A program made the position numbers and the translations under genes. A stretch of DNA of 64,000 bases. It comes from Podarcis tiliguerta (lineage: Eukaryota). Within the stretch, counting starts at the first letter, position 1. Each line of letters begins with the position of its first letter. Of the stretch, positions 12,966 through 29,999 are shown piece after piece. Where the stretch lies: the NCBI GenBank assembly GCA_965153285.1, contig OZ229113.1. The stretch is one strand, 5' to 3'. The notes below the pieces were generated by a model. The model did no database searches. It saw nothing but the letters and a program-made list of their open reading frames with translations, and had not been told where the DNA came from.

Positions 12966-13239
12966 AATGTCCTCTCCTTGAAAATGTCCTCAAGGAATGT
13001 CCTCTTCTTGAAAAAACACACAAGATTGCAGAGGGGTGGTGGAGCCAAAAGGGCCCTCTCTTGCCACCCAAGAGGATCTGTAGAGCTGGAAGCATCTTTC
13101 AGATATTTGGGGCCTATGTAATAAAATTACATGTTAAAGTTGTATGCCTTGGCAGACTTGCCAAAACAAAAGCGTCTGTTGCAGGTGCTGAAAACAACAT
13201 GATGATGGCACTTGCCTAATATTAATTGGCAGGGCGTTT

Positions 13240-13620
13240 CAGAGTGTAGGTGCAGAATGGTCATTATGTGGCACTTGTAGAAGTGCCAGCTGCACAGATC
13301 GAAGCCGTCAAATGGGCGTAGATGGGGTAAGGCGATCCTTCAAGCAAACTGGTCCCAAGCTGTTGAAGGCTTTATATACTAATAATAACACCTTGAATTT
13401 GACCTAGTAACAAACCAGCAGCCAGTACAGATCTCTGAGCAGAGGTGTAATATGCTGACAGGGTCTCACTCCAGTTACCAGTCGTGCAGCATTCTGCACT
13501 AACTGCCGTTTCTAGACCAAGTGCAAGGGAAGCCTTACGTAGAGTTCGTTGACGAAACCCAGTCTTTAATGGTGCCTGGACTACTACTGTGGTCAAGTCC
13601 AGGAATAGCTGTAACTGTTG
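13240..13620 (-). mobile_element. L2 LINE 3' ORF2 remnant
   Basis: - strand reads roughly QLVQNAARLVTG...HITPLLRDLYWL...FKVLLLVYKAFNSLGP..LKDRL. Confidence 0.8.
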
Positions 13621-15679
13621 TACCAGCCAAACTGACAAAAGACGTTTCTAGTTCTTACATTCAGACATTACTGAAATATTTATTGTCACTGCAGATTTGC
13701 TTCAAGTACCGTATCTGTCATATCATGAGAAACCATCAACCTGCCTGTATAAGGCCCGCTGTTAGTATCATGTCCATAATTTGTAGTTGCACCACTTTTT
13801 CCAAAGCCTTTGGTTAATGGATTAGTTACCTTTTTACCCATGCCCTTAGAATAATTGGTTTTCCTGGCAGTTGGCATTTTTATTCTTTTCTCCCTTCAGT
13901 CCCACAGCTCCAATGCATACACCAATGTGGCTGAATCTGTAGCTGCAGGGTGATGGACTCTGTGCAAGCTCTCTATGTGGTATTATTGTCAGGTGTGCCT
14001 CCAGTGACAAAAGCTGGTTCCCCAAGCGTCTGCAGACTGTATGCTTGCTCCTTCAAGGGGAGTGCAACCGTCTCCAGGGCAGGCAACTGGGTAATTTCTC
14101 AGACACAGGTGTTACATATGTAAAAGACAATCAGAAACTGGAGGTGTGCAGTGGCTGTGTACACACTCCCATTTACTCTGCATCCCATGTCCTCCTGTTG
14201 CTGGTTTGGGAAGTGGTATACACACACACCAGCTTCAATCCAAATAAAGAAACAGGACAACCTAGTTGCATTTTAAGCCAATAACGTGCCTTGCATCCAA
14301 ACAAAGCATTGAATTGGATATTAGTTTAGATGCTGCTTTTAAAAGGGCAACAATATCTGAAATGGTTCATATAGTTTCCATTGGATCTAAAAAAGAATTC
14401 AGTACATATCAGAAGTCTGTTACCTGCCAATACAATTCATCCTATAAAAAGGTATTATTAGAATGAAGCACAAAGACTCCTTTGTAAATGAATGGCAGTT
14501 TTATTATTCACACAGCTAAAAACAAAAGTAGAGAGGTCCCCTCACACTTTAAAAACTTTTTGTGTTATTTGGCTGTTATTATGTATGTACTGCATTGCCC
14601 AAACACCAGCTTCTGGGCTAGGGTGGGATATTTCATTATTTATTTGCAAACTGTTGTTGTATGCTGAAATAATTTAATAACAATAAAGAACACTATGAAA
14701 AGGTATTATTTGAAGCATTTTGGATATTGCCTGTCCTAGGGATCAACAGACGGTATTCTCCAAAATTGGAGACTAACAAGGGATGTTGTAGACCTTGGGT
14801 CTGAGTTGAGAGGGGTCAGCAGAGCAGCTTCTTACTTTAAAAATGGGGTTCTTTACCTATGTTTCAGGGGATCTGTACTCAAAAAATACTTTTTTCTCCC
14901 AATGCTGTAAATAAAATTTGTATGCATATTTTGTGTTTAGTGTTTGTGTATATATGTGTTTGTGTATATTTTTCCTGGGGAGGGGGGTCCATAGCTTTCA
15001 TCAAGTTCTCAGAAGAGCCCATGACCCAAACATGGTTAAGAGCCACTGGTTTAAAAGAAACATGACAGCATGACCTAATCTCAGCAAGCAAGGATATTTT
15101 AGTTTGCCTGAATGAAAGCCTCCCAATTCTCTAATGGCCTAACCCCGACTCGTTTTTCAGGATGGCTCCGATTGCCTTCCAACAGCCTCCCTGCCAAGCA
15201 GGAAATCAGAAAAAATGAGCAGCTTTTCTCGCCCATTGTATCTGCGCTGACAGCTTCACCTGCCGAACTGCTGCTTGTCGTGACGCAGCTTTTAAATGCC
15301 AACACAGCCCCGGCGGGCGGGGAGGGGAGAGAGAGAGGAAAAAAAACCCTGACAAGAGCACCAGCTCCATTGCCGCTGAAAGGAAGGCGGCGCGCGTTAT
15401 ATAACCTGGTGTGGCCGCGCAAAGGGAGCAGCAGTGCAGCTGGAATCAAGCAGGCGTTTTATCCTCTGCAGGGACAGCGCAGATTCGAAAGGGAGGGCGA
15501 CAAATTTCAGGGGCAGTCTTACTAAGACAACTTGCTGCGGAAGGAGCCCAGTGGATTTTTGTTTTTTAAGACAATTTTCATTACAAAACAGCAGGAACCG
15601 CCTATGAATAATAACATACCAGAAAGTGGGGTGAGGGCATTAAGGCCCATTTAACTTATCTTCGGGGTAAATATACACG

Positions 15680-16350
15680 GGGGATGTTTCGCCGGCAGCC
15701 CGCGATTTCCAGGGCACCGGCAGCAGCAGCGGCTCTCCAACGCCTTTCCCACGAACTCTCGTCATGGGGGAAGGAAAGGAGAAGCGGGAGCGGCGGCCGC
15801 TTCGCTGCCATTTTGCGCATCCTTGCGATTTTTTACGGCAGGGGAGACGGAGAAGCCGCGTCCTGCATTGAACCGAACGGGATGGCTCGAAGCGCGTCAC
15901 GTGCCTCCTTTTCCGCGGAGTTCAAGTACCCGGATGCCGGAACTACATTACCCGTCAGGCCCCTGACGCCTCTACGCCTGCCGCTCGCCGTCCAGGCCGG
16001 AAGGACTTGGTGGCGCCGTGACCTCCGGAGCTTCCTTCTTTCCGAGCCAAGCCCCGGCTGAGGTAAGACACGAAACAGGCCTCGGGAGTGTATCCGTGTC
16101 CATCGGGGCCGCGGCGGCACCCCGCCGGCCATCTATGGCCGGCATCGGCCTCCGCTTCCCCTGGCCGGTTTCGCGGGCGGGGAACATTTCGCGCTTCTTT
16201 TCGTGCGGCTCCCATGAACGATTCGCTTCCCACTGCCGGGCGAGCCTGGATTTTCCTTTGGCCGCCGAGGCCACGAGCAGCGGAGGATGGGCTCCGACGG
16301 GAGACCGAGCTCGAGGGGAACAGGCGGAGGGGATATTTTGTGCTCGTGAT
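15680..16350 (+). promoter_or_regulatory. CpG island / RPL8 promoter
   Basis: Dense CpG. YY1-like GCCATTTTG 15807-15815, E-box GTCACGTG 15896-15903, ZNF143/Staf-like ACTACATTACCCGTCAGGC from 15942, ETS/GABP CCGGAAG 15997-16003. Confidence 0.85.
16031..16062 (+). other. RPL8: RPL8 non-coding exon 1 with 5'TOP / TCT initiator
   Basis: Pyrimidine tract CTTCCTTCTTTCC (TCT motif TCTTTCC at 16037-16043) followed by GAG|gtaaga donor at 16063; typical ribosomal protein gene layout. Confidence 0.85.
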
Positions 16351-16846
16351 TTTGTGTTTTAAAAAATGTCTGTAATGGCAGCCATTCTCCATGGCGATCC
16401 CTCAGAACAGAATAACGCTGAGAGGATTCGTAAGATATATGAAACTCCTGCTGTCACAAATAATTTTTCTTCTATGTACTCCGTTTTAGTCAAAGGCCCT
16501 GTTGCATTTTTAAAATAAGCTAACTTTCAGATTGCAAGTCTTTAAGCTTTAGGTCCATATACCAAGAGTAACTTGTTGGTACAGAAAGCAGTATGAGTTG
16601 CAAACATTTTCACTGAAAAACTTTCAAAATAATATAAAAACATTGGGGTATACTGTGCTGTGTGAGACCATGACTATAGAGGAGAAAGTAAGTTTGCATC
16701 AGATTGATAGGAACACTGTGTGTGAGATCCAGAAGTACAGTTAAAATACTTGTGATATAGAAAACAAGCACACTAGATACTTAAAGTGTTTTAAACTGAA
16801 AGATGGGTGGGATAGAGACCCATACTAAAGAATCTTTCTACACTAG

Positions 16847-21626
<4,780 letters not shown>

Positions 21627-21653
21627 ATGTTCAGTTCAATATATTCATAAAGA

Positions 21654-21659
21654 AATAAA
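21654..21659 (+). terminator. RPL8 polyadenylation signal
   Basis: AATAAA 28 nt after the stop, followed by GT/T-rich sequence. Confidence 0.8.
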
Positions 21660-23813
21660 TGCCACCTTTTGTTCAAAACTGGTACATGTGTGAGAGGCAT
21701 TTTCTTTTAACAGTTTGTCTAAACATTTTATACATGTTTAAATGGTCCTGAAATTTTAATCACCTTATAAAGGAACTGTTTTAGATTGTGTATGAAGTTG
21801 TCTAGATAGATCAAGTATCTGGTAGACCAGTTTGAGAACAGGAAGCGGGACTTTGGGCCTTTCGTCTGATCCAGCAGGTCTCTTGTGCTCTTTCATCAAC
21901 CTTCAGGTAGGCAAGATCTCAAACTTGGTTCTTAGTACATAATGCAACATTCTTACACTTTGCTATATAGCAAAGACATGTCAAATGGGAGTAGAAAGAG
22001 AGTGATATGCTTAGATTAATGGCAAAATAGAATCCTTTAAACAGTTCCACAATGCTGAACAAAATGTTAGGTATGTTTAAGGCACTTATAATGTTCTGCT
22101 TGTGTAATAGGACCTTCCTCTCCCCTTTGCTCCCTGGCACACTATAAATTTCTCCAGAGGGTTGGGGTTACACACAAGTGGAAGAAGTCCTGTTGCATGA
22201 GCAGAACGGTTTGCAGTGTTGGATACAAAAGCCCAATTTTGTCTTAAAGAAGCCTGTTTAATAAGGACCAAACTATGCAGGGTTTTTTGGCAAACTTGGA
22301 AGGAGGGTACATCTCCCTCCAAAAGCCGTTTGACATGGTCAGCTGTTCAAGGAAAGAGGGGTAGTCCAAGCAGCCCATATCCAAATAGTGGAGAGATGTT
22401 TTGATGGTACATCAGTTTCCCTAGAATGTCATTTTGGGCTGCTTGGAACATGGCTCAAATGACTGCATCCAGAGTTAAGGATGCTGCTTATACAATATAT
22501 TTTCCAGCTTCCCCTCCTTTTTTCTTGTGACGGCTCTCACAGCAGCAGCACAACATGAGAAAGATTGCTACAGCAGGTGGAAGTAGAAGTTCCTGCTTTC
22601 CATTTAATGAAAAGACTGAAGTGAACTCCTGTTCTGTAGTCTGCTTTGCCCCATACCATGTAAATAGCATAAGGATTTATCGGTGCCCTAAGTACATTGT
22701 GCAAATATAGAGAAAACAAGTTTCAATGTTTAGTAGATGGAATAGTTTTCAGAGGACCACAGATAGTAAAAGCAACGCTGTGGGAGCAAACATTTTCTAG
22801 ACACTTAACAGACTTCTTGCTTTGCATGATGTTATCACTAGCATGCTGTATTTTGCTGATAAACGAGGTGGAGGGAAGGCGGCTTTCACAAAAGGGAGTT
22901 GAAGCATGTAAGAAATATACACAAGTGCTGCTAACTGGAAAACGAAAATTGGAATATTTTTGAAGCTGGGCTAATGACATGTACTCTTAATGATGTCACA
23001 GGCAACAGAGTTTTCTCATTTCCTTTCAAGAACTATATAGCTTAACAAACCTTTAGAATACACATGGTAGAGGGCACACTATCTGAAAATAACAGGCAAC
23101 TGCCTTATGTATGTATGGAGCAAAGCTGTGTGAGCACAAATTTTTTTAATGAGCAACCCAGTAAGTCTCAGAAGCAGGTGTGGCTTTTCCTAGATGTACA
23201 GCAATTGGAAAACTACTGCTTGCATTTGTAAGTGCACAACTACTCAAGAGCAAGGTGCGGGGAAGCTATGGTCTGCTGGCCTATAATTTACACATCCTTT
23301 ACCACTGGATATGTTGGTTGGGGTTGAATAAAACTGGAAGTCCACAGCAACCCTCTAGAAAAACAGTGATGTAACTGTTAGTGAAGAACAATCTCTTGAA
23401 AGGAATCATTGAGCTAAGAATGAGGATTGCTTAATTAGAAGTAAACTAGCAGTGCAGGAAATGTCAACACGTTAACTATATAGTTTAAAAACTGCTACTA
23501 GGTGCAGCTAGAGACTAATCCTATCAGTTACTTGTGATTTTAATATTCTCCAATATTCAGTATACACATAATACATGTATTTAAAGAAAAATGAATTAAA
23601 ATATTTTGGGGTATGTCCTGCTGACAGCCTGAAAGCTGTAGAGCTCTCAAAAATGTTAGTCTTGGCCAGACTTATAACCCTTGAAACAATTATAAACTCT
23701 ATGAAAAGGTAGGTAGCATGCAGCAATAGATTAGATTAACAATACCGGTACAACCTAGAAGAATATAATGATTTTCACCATATGTAGGACACTTGAGACA
23801 GCCTACAGGTGTA

Positions 23814-24034
23814 CAGTGGTACCTCGGGTTAAGAACTTAATTCGTTCTGGAGGTCCGTTCTTAACCTGAAACTGTCCTTAACCCGAGGTACCACTTTAGC
23901 TAATGGGGCCTCCCGCTGCTGCCGCCACCGCACGACTTCTGTTCTCGTCCTGAAGCAAAGTTCTTAACCCGAGGTGCTATTTCTGGGTTAGCGGAGTCTG
24001 TAACCTGAAGCGTCTGTAACCCGAGGTACCACTG
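23814..24034. mobile_element. Tigger/pogo-like MITE
   Basis: TA TSD; perfect 18-bp TIRs CAGTGGTACCTCGGGTTA. Confidence 0.9.
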
Positions 24035-24437
24035 TATGATTGTTCGCTGCAACAAGTAGGCTATAGTCAAACTGCTCTTGTGTTAGAATAGCAGCCCAGA
24101 GTGGTATACCGGTCATGAATTTTGCTACAAGGGTCCAGTGACTTGTTGCTCTGTCCAGCATATGAACATTGGAGAGAAAACTAAAATTACAGGGACCAAA
24201 ATTATTTCACAGAATTAACCAACCAGGGAAAATCCTGAAAAGATAGTAACAAAGCAACTTATTCCTACAACATTGCTTTCCAATAAAAAGGGCTACTTTC
24301 AATCATGAGGCACAAAGCATTCTAGAGCAGAAAGTTAAAAAACTGGAAATAGTTTCTACAGCAAGTAGTAGTTTCTACTACTCTCCTTAGTGTGATAGTA
24401 CATGCAATCCTTAATTTATATTGAAGTATAGAGTTGA

Positions 24438-24747
24438 AGGGCTTGCCGATCAGAAGGTCAGCAGTTTGAATCCCCGCGACGGGGGTGAGCTCCCGTTCGG
24501 TCCCAGCTCCTGCCCATCTAGCAGTTCAAAAGCACATTGAAGTGCAAGTAGATAAATATACCACTCCAGCGGGAAAGCAAACACCGTTTCTGTGAGCTGC
24601 TCTGGTTTGCCAGAAGCAGTTTAGTCATGCTGGTCACATGACCCAGAAGCTGTCTGCAGACAAACACTGGCTCCCTCGGCCTATAGAGTGAGATGAGTGT
24701 ATAACCGCAGAGTTGTCTGCGACTGGACCTAATGGTCAGGGGTACCT
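24438..24747 (+). mobile_element. Sauria SINE, 5'-truncated and diverged
   Basis: Degenerate B box AGTTTGAATCCC, GTGCAAGTAGATAAATA core, GGTCACATGACC, ends GGGGTACCT. Confidence 0.8.
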
Positions 24748-27700
24748 GTACAGTTGAAAATACACTTTGAAGTAAACCACAATAAATTGAAACCAAATTT
24801 CCAGCATTCCTGTAGATCAGCATAAAGCTCAACTGCATTGAAGTAGCTAGACATCAATGTACATAATAAATGAACTTCCCCCTTAAACATAAGACTAATC
24901 TTGCAAGTTAGTAGTGGACTACAGTTTCAGAAAGTGCTGAACCAGAAACCATCTACAGTATGTCTTGCAAACCAATCCTTCTGCATAAAAATGGCAGAGT
25001 TTCTAAGTTTTCATATTCCCCATAGATCTATGTTGAATTTAAAATTATGAATTTCTGAAAACTTTAGATTTAGTTCAATTGCAAATAGTAGTTGACGCTC
25101 GTGGTGACATAAAGTGTAATTTGAATATACTTGCAGGGGGCTGGTGATGGTGAAGCAGAGATATACTAAAAGCTATTGAGTATTTCAGAATAGGCTTACA
25201 CATTGAAATAGCTGCTCCACCACCACAATCTACAGTTTTTGTAAGTTTGTAACATGCAAGAAAGTCAGTATTGCTCTAGTAAAAGGCCTGTCACACTTAA
25301 CTAAATTTCCCCTCTATTGTCTTTCCCCCTAATGCTTGCTTGTAGTAATGACAACTCTCAATTGTAATTAATGCTTAGAAATACTCAAAATACAATTGAA
25401 AGTGGGCTGCAGCGGAATCAAAGTAACATGGCCAAAACAAATGCAATATTAGAAATGAAAAATGTGTCAGTAGCATTTACAATAATATATCCAAAAATAG
25501 AATTCCTATAGAGGTGGTTACAGAATTGTGGGTTAAGCTTAGCTCATTTATCTCTAGACAGAGAAGAAGAATACTTTCCATAGCTGGAAGAAATTTCTCA
25601 GTCCTAATAGGACTAACAGGAAACTCATGGTGAATTGGCCATCTAAGTTTTTACACTAGTCACACTCAGAATAAGACTCATGGAAATCAATGGACTTAAC
25701 AAAGTGCACTGGTTTCAACAGATCTACCCCCAAGCATGATATACAGAGAAATCCAAGCCCCTGATCTGCTATAGTGGAAGGAGTTTGGGTGGTGCAAAGG
25801 TATCCCTCTGCCCAGCCCCACAGGCAAGGACCCCCATGCACCACCCAGCAGCCTCTCCCGTTGGTAGTCAGCAGGAAGCCCTGAAATGGGGTGTTGTGGG
25901 GGAAAGCCAGCACTGGATCTACTGGATGGCATTGACTCATTTTTGGCCTTTGTTGCACTGGGAGCATTTCCCCTCCACTCTGGCTGGCACATGTTCTGGG
26001 GCTGTGCTGTTCCATCAAGCCCTGCCATTGCTGGCCAGAGCATATGGTTGCGCACTAAGCTGGATATTAGCCTATGAAGGGCCAGTATATTAAGCGACAG
26101 CAGTCTTAACAGATGAAACAAGGATTACCAAAATTGTTAAATTGGGGGAAGTATCTGCTAGCTTTTCCTCTTTCCAACTAGACTCTTTCTGCCTTGATCA
26201 CTAAGGTCAACATAATACAGGAATCAGCATTTGGTTCTGAAAGGTGCTGCCAGCCTAGTGTTACCACCCTAAGAGGTAAAGTATCTCTGGAAGAAATGCC
26301 ATTTGTGGCAACAGAACTGGCTAGCAGCCACTTAATGGGGTAGGGATTGAAACTTAACCCGCTTACTCCTGTGTGAAACTGATCTTGCAGGGGAATTAAT
26401 TGCTGAGCAAGGACCTAAAATGTAAGATAGCAAGAGCCCTGCTGCATGAGACCAAAGGCCTATCTAGTGCAGGTTCCCATTTCTCTGTGGTCAACTAGAT
26501 GCCTTTGGGATGCCGACAATTAGGTCATGAATGCAACAGCCCTCTCCTGCTCTTACCAGCATCCAACATTCAGATGAATACCAGCTCTGTGTGCTCACAC
26601 CACCATTAAAGCACATTCTAAGCACATGGTTTCTCAGAGGGCTTGGAGCACTGTAGTTTACCCCCCCCCCATTACAATTTCCAGCAACCCTTAACAAACT
26701 ACAGTGCCCAGAATTCTTTAAGAGGGGAAAGGTACTTTAAAAATACAGTGCAGACAGAACCCCAGGTATTAGTCATTATTAGGAGATACGGGTGGACATT
26801 ACCCATCTTGAAACAGGTTCCAAAATTATGAGGGAGAAAAACTTTGCTATGTACTTCCTTCACACTAAGCATAAATTTATATAACTCTTATCATCCCTGC
26901 TTATGTGCCTTTCTTTGAAAATGTTTAGTTCAAAACATTCTTAGTTTTTAAGTCACCTAAACAATCTTCTATGCTGAAAACTAGAAGTTAATTTGTGAGA
27001 TTCATACATTGAAGAAAGAAAAAATTACTAATTATGTACCGAGCAAGAAAGCATGTCCAAGAACAAAATAAAAGTACATAATGAGGTGGCAAGTATAGGC
27101 AGAGGAATCAAATGTGGAGTAACACACACAGAACCTTTAGCACTGAAGGGAACTTGTTTTGAGGAATTGAGGTGCAGCAGGAATGAAGCTGATAAACTAG
27201 GAAGCTTACCCCAAGGAACAACCAAGGCAACAGAAAAACAGAATTTTTAAACATCTGTTCAAAGTAGTAAGTAGCAAAATATAGGTATGCCAACCCATTT
27301 GATCCAATAATTAGCACAATACAATTCTGCAAATATATCAATTTCTTAGAGGTGGTTTGAAAATTAGGCAGTACCAGTTAGATATGAGAAAGTTTCCAAT
27401 ATGATCATGGTAGATAAGAGGAGATAAACCTTTGGCTGGCTTATCACATATGCTGCTTAATAAACTCCATAATCACTTCCAAAAAAATGCTTGATACAGC
27501 TAACAAACAATAGAAATCCCACACATTAAAACATTATGCTCTACGTGTGAACAAGTCAGTTCTTGTGCTTGAGCAAATATACTTGCTTCAGTCATGGGGA
27601 TCACTGTTGGCTGTATAGCTGCTTGCCCATTGCCCAGACAGGAGTAACCCCAGGCATTTCTGCTACCTATCTGTAACTGATCGATGTGCCAATAATTTTG

Positions 27701-29999
27701 TTCACGCCAATGTATTTGCAAGGCAGGGAATGTGCGGAGCAAACGTGTGAAGTTGATAGAAAAACTGCTAATTGGAAGGTTAACACTTTGAATTAAGACA
27801 GAATAGTGCATTGCTGATGGTCAGTATCATATATTGACAAGACGCATAGGAACACCACATTCCAAAAAGAATTATTTCTCTGAAGGATAACAGCTAACTT
27901 TTGTATATAACTTTCAAGCATTCAAAGTGCTTCAAACATAATCTAGCTGTAATCCTTACAACACTAAGCCAAATCAGTTTTATTATCCAACCCATTACAA
28001 AATTATGGGGACCTGAGGTTGAGAGTAGTTTGCCTAGGGCAATGGCAGATTTAGGGGAGCACAACTGGTTTGGCTTCACTGGGTGTGGCGCTTTAGGGGC
28101 ACCACAGGGGACTCCACAACTATGATTTAGAACGGAGTGCAAGAGGCAGTTGCGTGCGCTGAATTTTGGCATCACACATGGCGCTGCTGAAATTCTGAGA
28201 CCCAAAAGTCTGCCTAGTGAGTATACGGCAGAGGTGAATTTGCAACAAGGAACGCCCTGATTTGTAGTTAAAATCTCTTAAGCCACTGCAGTATTCTAGC
28301 ACTATTTAAGCACCATCTTTTTAACTTGCCCTGTGATTTACCTGAGTGTTCCTGCTTCTGCAGTATTTGCTGTTAAGCATGCAGGAATTCACTATGGTTT
28401 AAAGTCACAGCAGTACAGAATTTTTGCCACAAGTGGATTTTGATAATCTGAGCAAAATCATGCAATTCATTAAGTCAAACAGTCTTCATAGGCCAGCACA
28501 GATGATATGCCACAAAAAGCTTCAGGGAATCTACTACTTCTGCTGTAATGAGGTTCTTTCACAGTTAACACAGATAAAGCCCAGCTGCAGTTCTACAATA
28601 TAGCAAGTAAATCCTTTGGAATTTAATATTTCATTGAACATCAGATAGCAAGCTACTCACAATGAGAAGATAGGAGAGGGAACAATGTTTGCACAAGCAT
28701 CTAGTCACAAAAAATTATTTTCCTTCCTGCTCATGCTACATGCAGATCTCAAAATTGAACAGAAAATTCTAGACACTGGTCAAGCTCCTCTTCCATGCTT
28801 AGTGTAAAATAAATTAAAGGAGCATATGGGCTTCATCCCATTTTAACTATCAATAGTTTAACACAATAAAATGCTTCCCTGTCCATTTAGGGCTTTCAAC
28901 GAATAAGGACTCAAGCAACAATAGTCACCTACTAGCCAGAGGAAAATGGTAGAGACAAAAGATGAGTTCACACACGTTTATAGTGTGTGATTAACACATG
29001 GCAGCTTATTTCCACATGTGTGAATGGGCTTCCCTGAAAAGGACTGGGCTGGATCCTAAGAATTGCTTGTGGAAGGAAAACAACAAAAGGGGATTGTCCT
29101 TCTCCCTACACTGTCCAACACCCTTTTCTGAGGGTTGGGGGGTCCTCCTTGAGTGGGTGGGCTATGGCACAATGGGATGGGGAGATTGTCCCAACTCAGG
29201 CAGCAGAACCTCGGGCAAGTGCATCTTTGCTGAAGACACTTCAAAATCTTGGCCAATTCTCCCCCTTCCCCTAGCTCCCAAGGTCACAACTCACCCAGGT
29301 TTTTCAACCCTCAGGAAAGGTGACTTGGAGATGTAGGAGGGAGAAGAAGGGAGGTTCTTTTCTGCCCATTTCCTTTAATGAGTGGTTCCTAAGATCTACT
29401 AAACCTACTGTAAATGAGGTGATGCATCTACAGTCATGATGAGCCGCTACTATGCCAGCCACAATATTCTGTTATCTTCCATAATCTCCATTCAATAAGA
29501 GTGCTTGTGTCCCCCCCCCCCCCAACTGCTTTTTTCCTATAACTTTCTCTAGCATCCTACATTTCCCTTTTTGGGGAAGATATTTTTTTTAAAAAAATAA
29601 ATACATACTACTTGATGCTTGCTTGAACAGAGAAAGAAAAACAAATGTAAATGTTTAGCCATATAACATTTGCTAGTGTTACCAGCATGTTTATGAATAA
29701 TACAGAGCTTGGGGGAGGGGTGATTCTCTTGAACAACTTATGAAAATTGTCCCAGGAAAGCTGCACTGAAATGCAAGGGAGGTATGAAGGAAACACTTAG
29801 GAAATGTCCTTCTAGAAAAGGTGGACACCACAAAAACTTCGTATTTTGCATTCAGTTCTAAATGGAATTGCACTTTGTGATAATACCACTGTGGTGATGA
29901 ACATTCGCTTCTATACAAATGTGTAGCTAAAGGGACAACAGCATACTTATTATACTCCCATCTCTTTACTTTCCTTTGTAATTTGGTAATGACATGAAT

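Noticed and set aside
15099-16392. Many overlapping 86-145 aa ORFs on both strands
   Set aside because: Expected from stop-codon scarcity in a CpG island; none resembles a known protein.
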